A stretch of DNA of 42,249 nucleotides from Actinomycetes bacterium (GTDB lineage: Bacteria > Actinomycetota > Actinomycetes > JACCUZ01), in NCBI GenBank assembly GCA_036499185.1, contig DASYEF010000043.1, positions 1 through 42,249 of the forward strand, in the 5' to 3' direction. The position numbers and the translations under genes were made by a program. Shown here one piece after another: positions 1-7,479 of the stretch; the stretch's first letter is position 1, and each line of letters starts with the position of its first letter. The notes under the pieces are model-generated. The model worked only from the letters and a program-made list of their open reading frames with translations. It was not told the DNA's origin and did not search any database.

Positions 1-488
1 TGGCCGACCCGTGCCCCGGCGACGACCGGCAGCAGCCGCGGACCCGGCAGCAGGGCGGCCACCGCGGCGACCCGGTCGTGGTCACCGGCCAGGTAGAGGT
101 GGGTGCGGTGTCCCTCGGCCGGGGGAGGCCCGACGATGCCGCCGTCGACCAGGGTCGCACCGGCGCCCTCCACAACGGCGCGCACGCGCTCGAGGGTCGT
201 AGGCGAGAGCGGGTTGGCGTCGACGTAGGTGCCGGTGAAGCCGCTCGCGGCGACCTGCTCGGCCACCGGCAGGGCTGCCTGCGGCGGCAGCACGCTGAGC
301 ACCAGGTCCGCGCCGTCGACCAGCGACCGCAGGTCCGGTACGGCGGTCAGCCCCTCGCGCTCGGCCCGCTCCCGGCTCCGCTCACTGCGACCTTCCGGCA
401 GCCACCGCACCGCGTGCCCCGCGGCAGCGACCTCGCCTCCGACCCGCGAGCCCATGGCACCGGGGTGGAGGAGCGCGACGGTCGCCAC
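1..488 (-). CDS. NAD(P)-binding oxidoreductase (6-phosphogluconate-dehydrogenase-like NAD-binding fold), 3' end cut by window edge
   Basis: Absent from the ORF track because no stop lies in the window. My translation of the minus strand from GTG (486-488) reads VATVALLHPGAMGSRVGGEVAAAGHAV...DLVLSVLPPQAALPVAEQV...YVDANPLSP, a Rossmann-type N-terminus in a high-GC3 frame. Confidence 0.5.
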   Translation of the reverse strand, partial: MATVALLHPGAMGSRVGGEVAAAGHAVRWLPEGRSERSRERAEREGLTAVPDLRSLVDGADLVLSVLPPQAALPVAEQVAASGFTGTYVDANPLSPTTLERVRAVVEGAGATLVDGGIVGPPPAEGHRTHLYLAGDHDRVAAVAALLPGPRLLPVVAGARVG

Positions 489-501
489 GGCGGGACGCGC
501 G

Positions 502-1482
502 TCAGGCGTGGCCGTCGAAGAGGCTGGTCACCGAGCCGTCGTCGAAGACTTCGCGCACCGCACGGGCCAGCAGGCTGGCGATCGGCAGCACCGTGAGCTT
601 GTCGAAGCGCAGGTCGTCGGGGATCGGCAAGGTGTCGGTGACGACCACCTCGCTGACGCTGGAGTTCTTCAGCCGGTCGACGGCCGGCCCGGAGAAGATC
701 GCGTGCGTCGCGGCCATGATGACGTCGGCGGCACCCGCGGCGAACAGCGCGTCGGCCGCCTTGCAGATGGTGCCGGCGGTGTCGATCATGTCGTCCTGCA
801 GGATGCAGGTGCGGCCGGCGACGTCACCGACGACCCGGTTGGCGGTGGACTGGTTGGGGCGGTCAGGGTCGCGGGTCTTGTGGATGAACGCGAGCGGCGC
901 GCCGTACATCGTCTCGGACCAGCGCTCGGCGAGACGCAGCCGACCGGCGTCCGGTGAGACGATGGTGACGTTCTTGTGGTCGACCCGGCGCTTGACGTAG
1001 GACGCGAGCAGCGGCAGGGCGTAGAGGTGGTCGACGGGGCCGTCGAAGAAACCCTGGATCTGTGCGGTGTGCAGGTCGATGGCCATCATCCGGTCGGCGC
1101 CCGCGACCGCGAACAGGTCGGCCATCAGGCGGGCGGAGATCGGTTCGCGGCCGCGGCCCTTCTTGTCCTGCCGGGCGTAGGGGAAGAACGGCAGCACCAC
1201 GGTGATCCGCTTGGCCGAGGCGCGCTTGAGCGCGTCGACCATGATCAGCGTCTCCATCACCCAGGTGTTGATCGGCGACGTGCAGCACTGGAGGACGAAG
1301 GCGTCGCAGCCGCGGACCGACTCCTTGTAGCGCACGTAGATCTCGCCGTTGGCGAAGTCGTAGGCCGTGGTGGGGGTGAGCTCGATGCCCAGCTCGACCG
1401 CGACCTGCTCCGCCAGGTCGGGGTGCGCGCGGCCGGAGAAGAGCATCAGCTTCTTCTCGCCCGTGGTCTTGATGAAGCTCAT
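502..1482 (-). CDS. prs: ribose-phosphate pyrophosphokinase
   Basis: MSFIKTTGEKKLMLFSGRAHPDLAEQVA...VLPFFPYARQDKK...DLHTAQIQGFF...ILQDDMIDTAGT is the classic Prs sequence. ATG at 1480-1482 overlaps the glmU stop (ATGA). The Arg-rich upstream part of the 722-aa track ORF is a frame artefact. Confidence 0.95.
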   Translation of the reverse strand: MSFIKTTGEKKLMLFSGRAHPDLAEQVAVELGIELTPTTAYDFANGEIYVRYKESVRGCDAFVLQCCTSPINTWVMETLIMVDALKRASAKRITVVLPFFPYARQDKKGRGREPISARLMADLFAVAGADRMMAIDLHTAQIQGFFDGPVDHLYALPLLASYVKRRVDHKNVTIVSPDAGRLRLAERWSETMYGAPLAFIHKTRDPDRPNQSTANRVVGDVAGRTCILQDDMIDTAGTICKAADALFAAGAADVIMAATHAIFSGPAVDRLKNSSVSEVVVTDTLPIPDDLRFDKLTVLPIASLLARAVREVFDDGSVTSLFDGHA

Positions 1483-2939
1483 CCGCCGGACCTCTCGTCG
1501 TTGCTCGCCTGCTCGGCCGCGACGGCCCGCTCCGCCGCGGCAGCTGTCTTGGTGCCGGCCCGGCGCCGGGCGACCCACCCGGCGATGCCGCGCTGCCGCC
1601 CGCGCGCCACGGCCAGCTCGCCCGGCCGCACGTTGTTGGTGATCGTCGAGCCGGCCGCGATGTAGGCGCCGTCGGCGATGTGCACCCCGCCGATGATCAC
1701 CGAGTCGCTGCCGACGAAGGTGTGCTCGCCGACGGTGCTGTGCTTCTTCTCGACGCCGTCGAAGTTGGCGAAGATCGTCCCCGCGCCGATGTTGGCGCCG
1801 GCCCCGATGGTGGCGTCGCCGACGTACGAGAGATGCGGCACCTTGGCCCCGTCGCCCACATCGGCCTTCTTCAGCTCCACGAAGCCGCCGGCCTTGGCGC
1901 CGCGGCCCAGCCGGGTTCCGGGGCGCAGGTAGGTGTAGGGGCCGACGGTGGCTTCCGGGCCGATCACGGCGCCGTAGGACGTCGTGCGGGTCACCTGGGC
2001 GCCCTCGCCGACGGTGGTGTCGACCAGCTGGCAGTCGGGTCCGATGCTCGCGCCGCGCGCGACCGTGGTGCGGCCGCGCAGGATGGTCGATGGCTCGAGC
2101 GTGGTGTCGGGCTCGAGGACGACGTCGGCGTCGATCCACGTCGTCGCGGGGTCGATGACCGTCGTACCCGCGCGCATCCAGCGCTCGACGGTGCGGCGGT
2201 TGAGCTCGCGATGCAGGGCCGCGAGCTGGACCCGGTCGTTGACCCCTTCGACCTGCCAGGTGTCGGCGACGGCGACCGCCCCGACCCGGCCGCCGGCCGC
2301 ACGGGCGTGCGCGACGACGTCGGTGAGGTAGAGCTCGCCCTGGGCGTTGTCGGTGTCGAGCCGGCCGAGGCCCTCGCGCAGCGCGTCGGCCTGGAACGCG
2401 TAGACGCCGGAGTTGATCTCGTGGACGGCCAGCTCTTCCTCGGTGGCGTCCTTCTGCTCGACGATGCGCGCCACGGCGCGATGGGCGTCGCGGATCACCC
2501 GGCCGTAGCCGGACGGGTCGGGCACGACGGCGGTGAGCACCGTGACGGCGTCGCCGTGCACCTGGTGCTCCTCGAGCAGGTCGTGGAGCGTGTCGGCGGT
2601 GAGCAGCGGGGCGTCGCCGTAGGTGACCACGATCGTGCCGGTCAGCGGCGGCAAGGCCTCGAGCGCGCACAGGGCGGCGTGGCCGGTGCCGTGCTGCTGG
2701 TCCTGGACGGCCGTCTGCACGCCGGGCGCGACCTCACTGAGGTGGGCGGTGACCTCGTCGCGGCCGTGGCCGACGACGACGACGAGGTGCTCGGGCTCGA
2801 GGGCCTGGGCGGCCAGCACCGCGTGGTGCACGAGGGCGCGGCCGCCGACCTGGTGGAGGACCTTGGGGATCGACGACTTCATCCGGGTGCCCTCACCAGC
2901 GGCGAGGACGACCACGGCGGCCGGTCGGGCGGGGCTCAC
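1479..2939 (-). CDS. glmU: bifunctional UDP-N-acetylglucosamine pyrophosphorylase / glucosamine-1-phosphate N-acetyltransferase
   Basis: N-terminal VVLAAGEGTRMKSSIPKVLH nucleotidyltransferase motif and a C-terminal left-handed beta-helix hexapeptide repeat region. GTG start. Conserved glmU-prs pairing. Confidence 0.95.
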   Translation of the reverse strand: MSPARPAAVVVLAAGEGTRMKSSIPKVLHQVGGRALVHHAVLAAQALEPEHLVVVVGHGRDEVTAHLSEVAPGVQTAVQDQQHGTGHAALCALEALPPLTGTIVVTYGDAPLLTADTLHDLLEEHQVHGDAVTVLTAVVPDPSGYGRVIRDAHRAVARIVEQKDATEEELAVHEINSGVYAFQADALREGLGRLDTDNAQGELYLTDVVAHARAAGGRVGAVAVADTWQVEGVNDRVQLAALHRELNRRTVERWMRAGTTVIDPATTWIDADVVLEPDTTLEPSTILRGRTTVARGASIGPDCQLVDTTVGEGAQVTRTTSYGAVIGPEATVGPYTYLRPGTRLGRGAKAGGFVELKKADVGDGAKVPHLSYVGDATIGAGANIGAGTIFANFDGVEKKHSTVGEHTFVGSDSVIIGGVHIADGAYIAAGSTITNNVRPGELAVARGRQRGIAGWVARRRAGTKTAAAAERAVAAEQASNDERSGG

Positions 2940-3051
2940 GCGGCGAGCGCTCCTGGGCGAGGCGGCAGACGGGCGTCATTCACCTTCAGGATACCTGCCC
3001 GCGGGAGGTCTGAGGACCCCACCGCAGGAGGTCCGGCGGGTGAGACTTGAG

Positions 3052-3124
3052 CTCCGCCTGCTGGACTCGAACCAGCACTTCAAGACTCCAAAGGTCTGTG
3101 GGCTGCCAGTTACCCCAAGGCGGA
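3052..3124 (-). tRNA. tRNA-Gln (anticodon UUG)
   Basis: Minus-strand sequence TCCGCCTTGGGGTAACTGGCAGCCCACAGACCTTTGGAGTCTTGAAGTGCTGGTTCGAGTCCAGCAGGCGGAG folds as a cloverleaf: 7-bp acceptor TCCGCCT/AGGCGGA, T-loop TTCGAGT, anticodon loop CTTTGGA. CCA is not encoded. Confidence 0.9.
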
Positions 3125-3164
3125 CCGAATGCCCAGGTTAGACGTCTGGCCACGAGAGCTCGTT

Positions 3165-4016
3165 TCATGTTCGTTTCCGGGTCTGGCAAACGCCGTCCAG
3201 CACGCCTCTCCAGAGCCCTTCGATCTGTTGGTAGAGCACGCGGGACTTCACGACCGAGATGACGAGACATCCGTGGTAGCTGTCACCGATGTTCTTACGC
3301 ACCGTCGTCGGGCGATGCCGCTTGAGGGTTGGCTTGTCGAATCGATCGAGAGCGACACCAAGCTCACGACTCCACCACCGGTGTGCGGCGTCGAGATCCG
3401 CGGACTCGTGAATGGACAGGCGGTATCGCCGATCGGCCTCGGGTGCGCCCATGAGATCCAGCCATCTCAGGAAGAGCCTGATGACGTCGGCATCGCTGTT
3501 GATGAGCTTCACCTCCTCCCTCCTGCGATAGGGCTTGTCCTTGGAGCCTTCAGCCCAATACAGAACCGCGCCCGCGATCATGAGGTCCCGACCCGCCATG
3601 CCGGCCACACGCTGTCTCGCCGATTCCTTGATGCCACGGCGGTCGGCTTCGCGGCTGGCCATCACTTCAATGCTCCAGCGCGCCAGATTCATGTGCCTCG
3701 CATGCTGGACCCGCGCCACCAGGTCCGGTGGCGGGGGAACATCCCGCACCCAGAGCGAGACCGAGCTCTTGGCGACACCGAGGGCCGCGATGATCTCGGT
3801 ATAGGTGGCCCCCTCCGCACGCATGACTCGGGCTCGCGCTCGCAGCTCGTCCTTGGCCCTCGGACGAGCGGTCCAAGCCGGAGTCGGGAGGTCAGCCACC
3901 CACCTCGTGACCGTACTTCGACTCTGCACGCCGACGCGCGCGGCGATCTGCTCGATGCTGAAGCCTTGCTGGCGCAATGCGCGAGCCTGCTCGCGCAGCG
4001 CGGGGTTGGTGGCCAT
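3165..4016 (-). CDS. tandem helix-turn-helix protein with a LAGLIDADG-like (homing-endonuclease-fold) C-terminal domain
   Basis: Start MATNPALREQ (ATG 4014-4016). Two repeated HTH modules: ALREQARALRQQGFSIEQIAARVGVQSRSTVTRWVADLP and ELRARARVMRAEGATYTEIIAALGVAKSSVSLWVRDVP. The C-terminal domain has IAGAVLYWAEGSKD followed by VKLINSDADVIRLFLRWL, resembling a single LAGLIDADG motif block. The region is visibly lower in GC than its neighbours. Confidence 0.6.
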   Translation of the reverse strand: MATNPALREQARALRQQGFSIEQIAARVGVQSRSTVTRWVADLPTPAWTARPRAKDELRARARVMRAEGATYTEIIAALGVAKSSVSLWVRDVPPPPDLVARVQHARHMNLARWSIEVMASREADRRGIKESARQRVAGMAGRDLMIAGAVLYWAEGSKDKPYRRREEVKLINSDADVIRLFLRWLDLMGAPEADRRYRLSIHESADLDAAHRWWSRELGVALDRFDKPTLKRHRPTTVRKNIGDSYHGCLVISVVKSRVLYQQIEGLWRGVLDGVCQTRKRT

Positions 4017-4090
4017 GGAACATCTGAGCAACGACCCCGGACACAACCTCGCAACGGGACCCCGGGCGCACCGGGGGCTACGGTGCTGAG

Positions 4091-4762
4091 GTGGTGAGCG
4101 AAGAGACGGAACGGGGGCCGGCGACTCGCACCCGCCGCGACGGGCGGGGTCGGATGACCGGCAGGGAGCGGCGCGAGCAGCTGCTCGATGTCGGCCGGTC
4201 GCTGTTCGCGCAGAAGGGCTTCGACGCGACGTCGGTGGAGGAGATCGCCGCCAAGGCCGGCGTCTCCAAGCCCGTCGTCTACGAGCATTTCGGCGGCAAG
4301 GAGGGCCTCTACGCCGTCGTGGTCGACCGCGAGATGAGCGCCCTTCTTGACGCCATCACCGGCGCCCTCGCCAGCAGCGGCCACCCGCGCGACCTCCTGG
4401 AACGGGCCGCGTTCGCCCTGCTCGACTACGTCGAGAGCTCCAGCGACGGCTTCCGGATCCTGGTCCGCGACTCTCCCGTCGCCCAGCAGACCGGCTCCTT
4501 CGCATCCCTGCTCAGCGACGCCGCCAGCCAGGTCGAGCACATCATGGGCAACCAGCTGACGTCGCGCGGGTTCGACCCCAAGCTCGCCGGGATGTACGCC
4601 CAGATGCTGGTCGGGATGGTCGCGCTCACCGGCCAGTGGTGGCTGGACGCACGCAACCCGGACAAGGCAGTGGTGGCGGCGCACCTGGTCAACCTCGCGT
4701 GGAACGGGCTCTCCGGCCTCGAGCCGGAGCCCGGCCTCCGCAGCGCCGGCAGTCCGACCTAG
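4091..4762 (+). CDS. TetR/AcrR family transcriptional regulator
   Basis: RREQLLDVGRSLFAQKGFDATSVEEIAAKAGVSKPVVYEHFGGKEGLY is a canonical TetR HTH. GTG 4091 follows GAGG; ATG 4154 is an alternative start. Its stop overlaps the convergent VOC gene stop (CTAG). Confidence 0.9.
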   Translation: MVSEETERGPATRTRRDGRGRMTGRERREQLLDVGRSLFAQKGFDATSVEEIAAKAGVSKPVVYEHFGGKEGLYAVVVDREMSALLDAITGALASSGHPRDLLERAAFALLDYVESSSDGFRILVRDSPVAQQTGSFASLLSDAASQVEHIMGNQLTSRGFDPKLAGMYAQMLVGMVALTGQWWLDARNPDKAVVAAHLVNLAWNGLSGLEPEPGLRSAGSPT

Positions 4763-5127
4763 CTTGCGAGCGGCTCGAGCAGCTCGAGCCGGTTGCCGTG
4801 CGGGTCGTGCGCGTAGCAGCGCCGGTAGCCGGGGAAGTCGTCGTCCCAGACGACGTCCACCCCTGCCGCGACCAATCGTCCGGCCATCCCGTCCAGGTCC
4901 TCGACGAGCAGCCCCGGATGCGCCTTGCGGGCCGGCCGGAAGTCCTCCTCGACCCCGAGGTGCAGCTCCAGCGCACCGGACCGGAACCACGCCCCGCCAC
5001 GCGCGGCCAGCACCGGCGGCTTGGCCACCTCCACCATGCCGAGCAGCTCGCCATAGAAGCGACGCAGCACGTCCTCGGACCCGCGCGGCGCCGAGAGCTG
5101 CACGTGGTGCAGCCCGACGAGGCTCAC
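4759..5127 (-). CDS. VOC/glyoxalase family protein
   Basis: VSLVGLHHVQLSAPRGSEDVLRRFYGELLGM...HLGVEEDF...AHPGLLVEDLD...DPHGNRLELLE. GTG start overlaps the tam stop (GTGA). The rest of the 407-aa track ORF is an artefact. Confidence 0.85.
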   Translation of the reverse strand: MSLVGLHHVQLSAPRGSEDVLRRFYGELLGMVEVAKPPVLAARGGAWFRSGALELHLGVEEDFRPARKAHPGLLVEDLDGMAGRLVAAGVDVVWDDDFPGYRRCYAHDPHGNRLELLEPLAS

Positions 5128-5906
5128 GACCCCACCCGCTGGGCGACCGCGAAGATCCGCCGGAACGGCAGCACCGTCCCCCATGGCCGCTCCGGGTACG
5201 TCGAGGCGATCGCCCGCCGGTAGTCGGCGAGGAACTCCTCGCGCTCCTCCTCGGACCCGAGCACCTGCAGGTAGGGCCGCAGCCCGGTGCCGGACACCCA
5301 ACGCACCACGGCGTCGGGGCCGCGCAGGACATGCAGGTAGGTCGTCTCCCAGACGTCGACCGCGCAGCCGAGCTCGGCGAGGGTCCGCAGGTACGTCGAC
5401 GGCTGCTCCACTGCGGGGCGAGCCCGGTCGGTGCCGCCGAAGACCGCGGCCCACCGCGGGGACGTTGCCACCAGGGCCATCGCGGTGTGCGTCCGGTCGC
5501 CGAAGTTGCCCGGCACCTGGAAGGCCAGCCAGCCGCCGGGCCGGACCGCCTCGATGAGCCGCGAGAGCAGAGCGAGGTGCCCCGGCACCCACTGCAGGGT
5601 CGCGTTGCACACGACCACGTCCACCGGCTCGGCGGGTGCCCACTCCCGCAGGTCGGCGACCGCGAACGAGAGCCCGTCCTCGGCCCCGCCGGCCATCGCC
5701 TGCCCGATCATCTCCTGCGAGGAGTCCAGCCCCTCGATCCGGGCGTCCGGCCAGCGGTCCCGCAAGGTCCGGGTGAGGTTGCCCGGCCCGCACCCCAGGT
5801 CGACCACGTGGCGCGCGTCCGCGCTGCCGACCCGGCGTACCAGGTCGTGGAAGGGGCGGCCCCGCTCGGCCGCGAACTGCAGGTACTGCTCCGGGTCCCA
5901 GCGCAT
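5124..5906 (-). CDS. tam: trans-aconitate 2-methyltransferase-like SAM-dependent methyltransferase
   Basis: MRWDPEQYLQFAAERGRPFHDLV...VVDLGCGPGNLT...NATLQWVPGH matches the Tam family N-terminus and SAM motif I. ATG at 5904-5906. Confidence 0.85.
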   Translation of the reverse strand: MRWDPEQYLQFAAERGRPFHDLVRRVGSADARHVVDLGCGPGNLTRTLRDRWPDARIEGLDSSQEMIGQAMAGGAEDGLSFAVADLREWAPAEPVDVVVCNATLQWVPGHLALLSRLIEAVRPGGWLAFQVPGNFGDRTHTAMALVATSPRWAAVFGGTDRARPAVEQPSTYLRTLAELGCAVDVWETTYLHVLRGPDAVVRWVSGTGLRPYLQVLGSEEEREEFLADYRRAIASTYPERPWGTVLPFRRIFAVAQRVGS

Positions 5907-5930
5907 CGACGTTCCCTCTTCCATCAAGTA

Positions 5931-5977
5931 TCTTGACGTCAAGACAACCGTGCCCGGTCACTGTCTTGATGTCAAGA
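5931..5977. promoter_or_regulatory. two 14-bp palindromes TCTTGAYGTCAAGA (candidate MarR operators) in the tam/marR divergent region
   Basis: tcttgacgtcaaga at 5931-5944 and tcttgatgtcaaga at 5964-5977. Centre-to-centre spacing is 33 bp. They lie between the tam start (5906) and the MarR start (6060). Confidence 0.6.
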
Positions 5978-6059
5978 GACATGGCGTCGATACTCGGTGT
6001 GGATCAGCCCGGGTGGGTCAGCCGGATGTCGATCGGGCGAGCGGCGAGGAGGTGGCGAG

Positions 6060-6554
6060 GTGCCGGACGAGGTCGACCGGCTCGTCGCGGCGTGGGCCCG
6101 GGAGCGCCCCGACCTCGACGTCGCGCCGCTGGAGGTGCTCAGCCGGGTCACCCGGCTCGCGCGGCACCTGGACCGGGCCCGCCGCAGCGCCTTCGAGGCG
6201 CACGAGCTCGAGGTCTGGGAGTTCGACGTCCTCGCCGCACTGCGCCGCGCCGGCAGCCCCTATGTCCTCTCCCCCGGCCAGCTGCTCGCCCAGACTCTGG
6301 TGACCTCGGGAACGATGACCAACCGGGTCGACCGACTGGAGTCGCGCGGCCTGGTGCAGCGGCTGCCGGACCCCACCGACCGCCGCGGCGTGCACGTCCG
6401 GCTCACCCCCCGCGGCAAGGAGCGGGTCGACGCCGCGCTGGCCGACCTGCTGGCCCGCGAGCGCGAGCTGCTCGCCTCGCTCACCGTGGCCGAGCAGCAG
6501 GAGCTCTCGACGCTGCTGCGTGCCCTGGTCGCCCCCTTCGAGACCGACACCTGA
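6060..6554 (+). CDS. MarR family transcriptional regulator
   Basis: EFDVLAALRRAGSPYVLSPGQLLAQTLVTSGTMTNRVDRLESRGLVQRLPDPTDRRGVHVRLTPRGKE is a winged-HTH MarR signature. GTG 6060 is preceded by GGCGAGGAGG. Confidence 0.9.
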   Translation: MPDEVDRLVAAWARERPDLDVAPLEVLSRVTRLARHLDRARRSAFEAHELEVWEFDVLAALRRAGSPYVLSPGQLLAQTLVTSGTMTNRVDRLESRGLVQRLPDPTDRRGVHVRLTPRGKERVDAALADLLARERELLASLTVAEQQELSTLLRALVAPFETDT

Positions 6555-6572
6555 CCGCCCCCCCGCCTCCGC

Positions 6573-6632
6573 GGTTGACCACGTGTAGGTGGTCAACCCC
6601 GGAACTTGGCGGGCCGTGCAGGGCCCGCCAAG
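6573..6632. terminator. two adjacent GC-rich stem-loops between convergent genes (candidate bidirectional terminators)
   Basis: ggttgaccac(6573-6582)/gtggtcaacc(6589-6598) with a 6-nt loop. cttggcgggcc(6605-6615)/ggcccgccaag(6622-6632) with a 6-nt loop. Located between the marR stop and the comB-like stop. Confidence 0.5.
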
Positions 6633-6695
6633 CACCGCTGGGCCCCGCCAAGCAGGACGGCGACATCAGGTGCCGGCGCGCCCTCGAGACCGCTG

Positions 6696-7388
6696 TCACA
6701 CGGCGACGAAGCGGCCCTCGACCAGGCGCGGGACCACGTCGCTGGAGTCGATCTCGCCCGCGATCGCCACGTCCTCGGCGAAGCCCCGCTCGACGAGCTC
6801 GAGCCCCGACACACAGCTCTCCAGCGGGCGCAAGGAGCGGAACGCCATCGCGGCCACCTCCGACTCCGGCGTGAGCTCCAGCTGGGGGTTCGCCGCCATC
6901 AACCGGTCGATGACCGCGCCAGCACCGACCAGGTCCTCGTACGCCGGGCGCAGCGACCCGTCCGACCAGCTTTCCCCCGCGGGCACGATCGCGACCCGCT
7001 CGACCTCCTGCAGGGCCAGCGCGACCGCCTTGGCGTTGCGCAGGCAGCCCGCGACGACCGGCACCTCGGCGTTCACCGCGGCGAACGCGATCGACGAGCC
7101 GTTGGGCGACGGCAGGATCAGCCGCGTGTCACGGTCGACGCCGAGCAGGCTCGCGGGCGACAGCGTCAGCCCCTCGTGCGAGGAGCGGGTGCCGGCGAGC
7201 ACCGCGTCGATGTCGCGGGCCAGCTGCCGGGCCGACTCGCCGCCGGTGTGCGGCCAGACCTTCGCGCCGCGCTCGACGGCAATCGTTACCGCAGTCGAGA
7301 AGGAAAGCACGTCGACCACGACGACGACGTCGCTGCGCTCGGCCAGGGTCCGGGCGCCGACGGGTCCCCATTCCAGCGCGACCGGCAT
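6696..7388 (-). CDS. 2-phosphosulfolactate phosphatase (ComB) family protein
   Basis: VVVVVDVLSFSTAVTIAVERGA...ILPSPNGSSIA...VVAGCLRNA...IVPAGE is typical of the ComB family. Start chosen at MPVALEW (ATG 7386-7388). Confidence 0.75.
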   Translation of the reverse strand: MPVALEWGPVGARTLAERSDVVVVVDVLSFSTAVTIAVERGAKVWPHTGGESARQLARDIDAVLAGTRSSHEGLTLSPASLLGVDRDTRLILPSPNGSSIAFAAVNAEVPVVAGCLRNAKAVALALQEVERVAIVPAGESWSDGSLRPAYEDLVGAGAVIDRLMAANPQLELTPESEVAAMAFRSLRPLESCVSGLELVERGFAEDVAIAGEIDSSDVVPRLVEGRFVAV

Positions 7389-7479
7389 GCGGCGGAGCGT
7401 AACCGCCCGCCGGCTCGGCACGCCCGGGACGGCAGATCTCCGACCGAACGGCGGACGCCGCCCGTCGTACGCCCAGGGC

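Noticed and set aside
502-2670. 722-aa minus-strand ORF extending prs far upstream
   Set aside because: Only the last 326 residues (from MSFIKTTG, ATG 1482) are Prs. The upstream 400 residues are an Arg/Pro-rich off-frame read through glmU, which occupies another frame of the same strand.
3689-5332. 547-aa minus-strand ORF spanning the HTH gene, TetR gene and VOC gene region
   Set aside because: It crosses three independently supported genes on both strands. Its Arg/Gly/Ala/Pro-rich composition marks it as a high-GC frame artefact.
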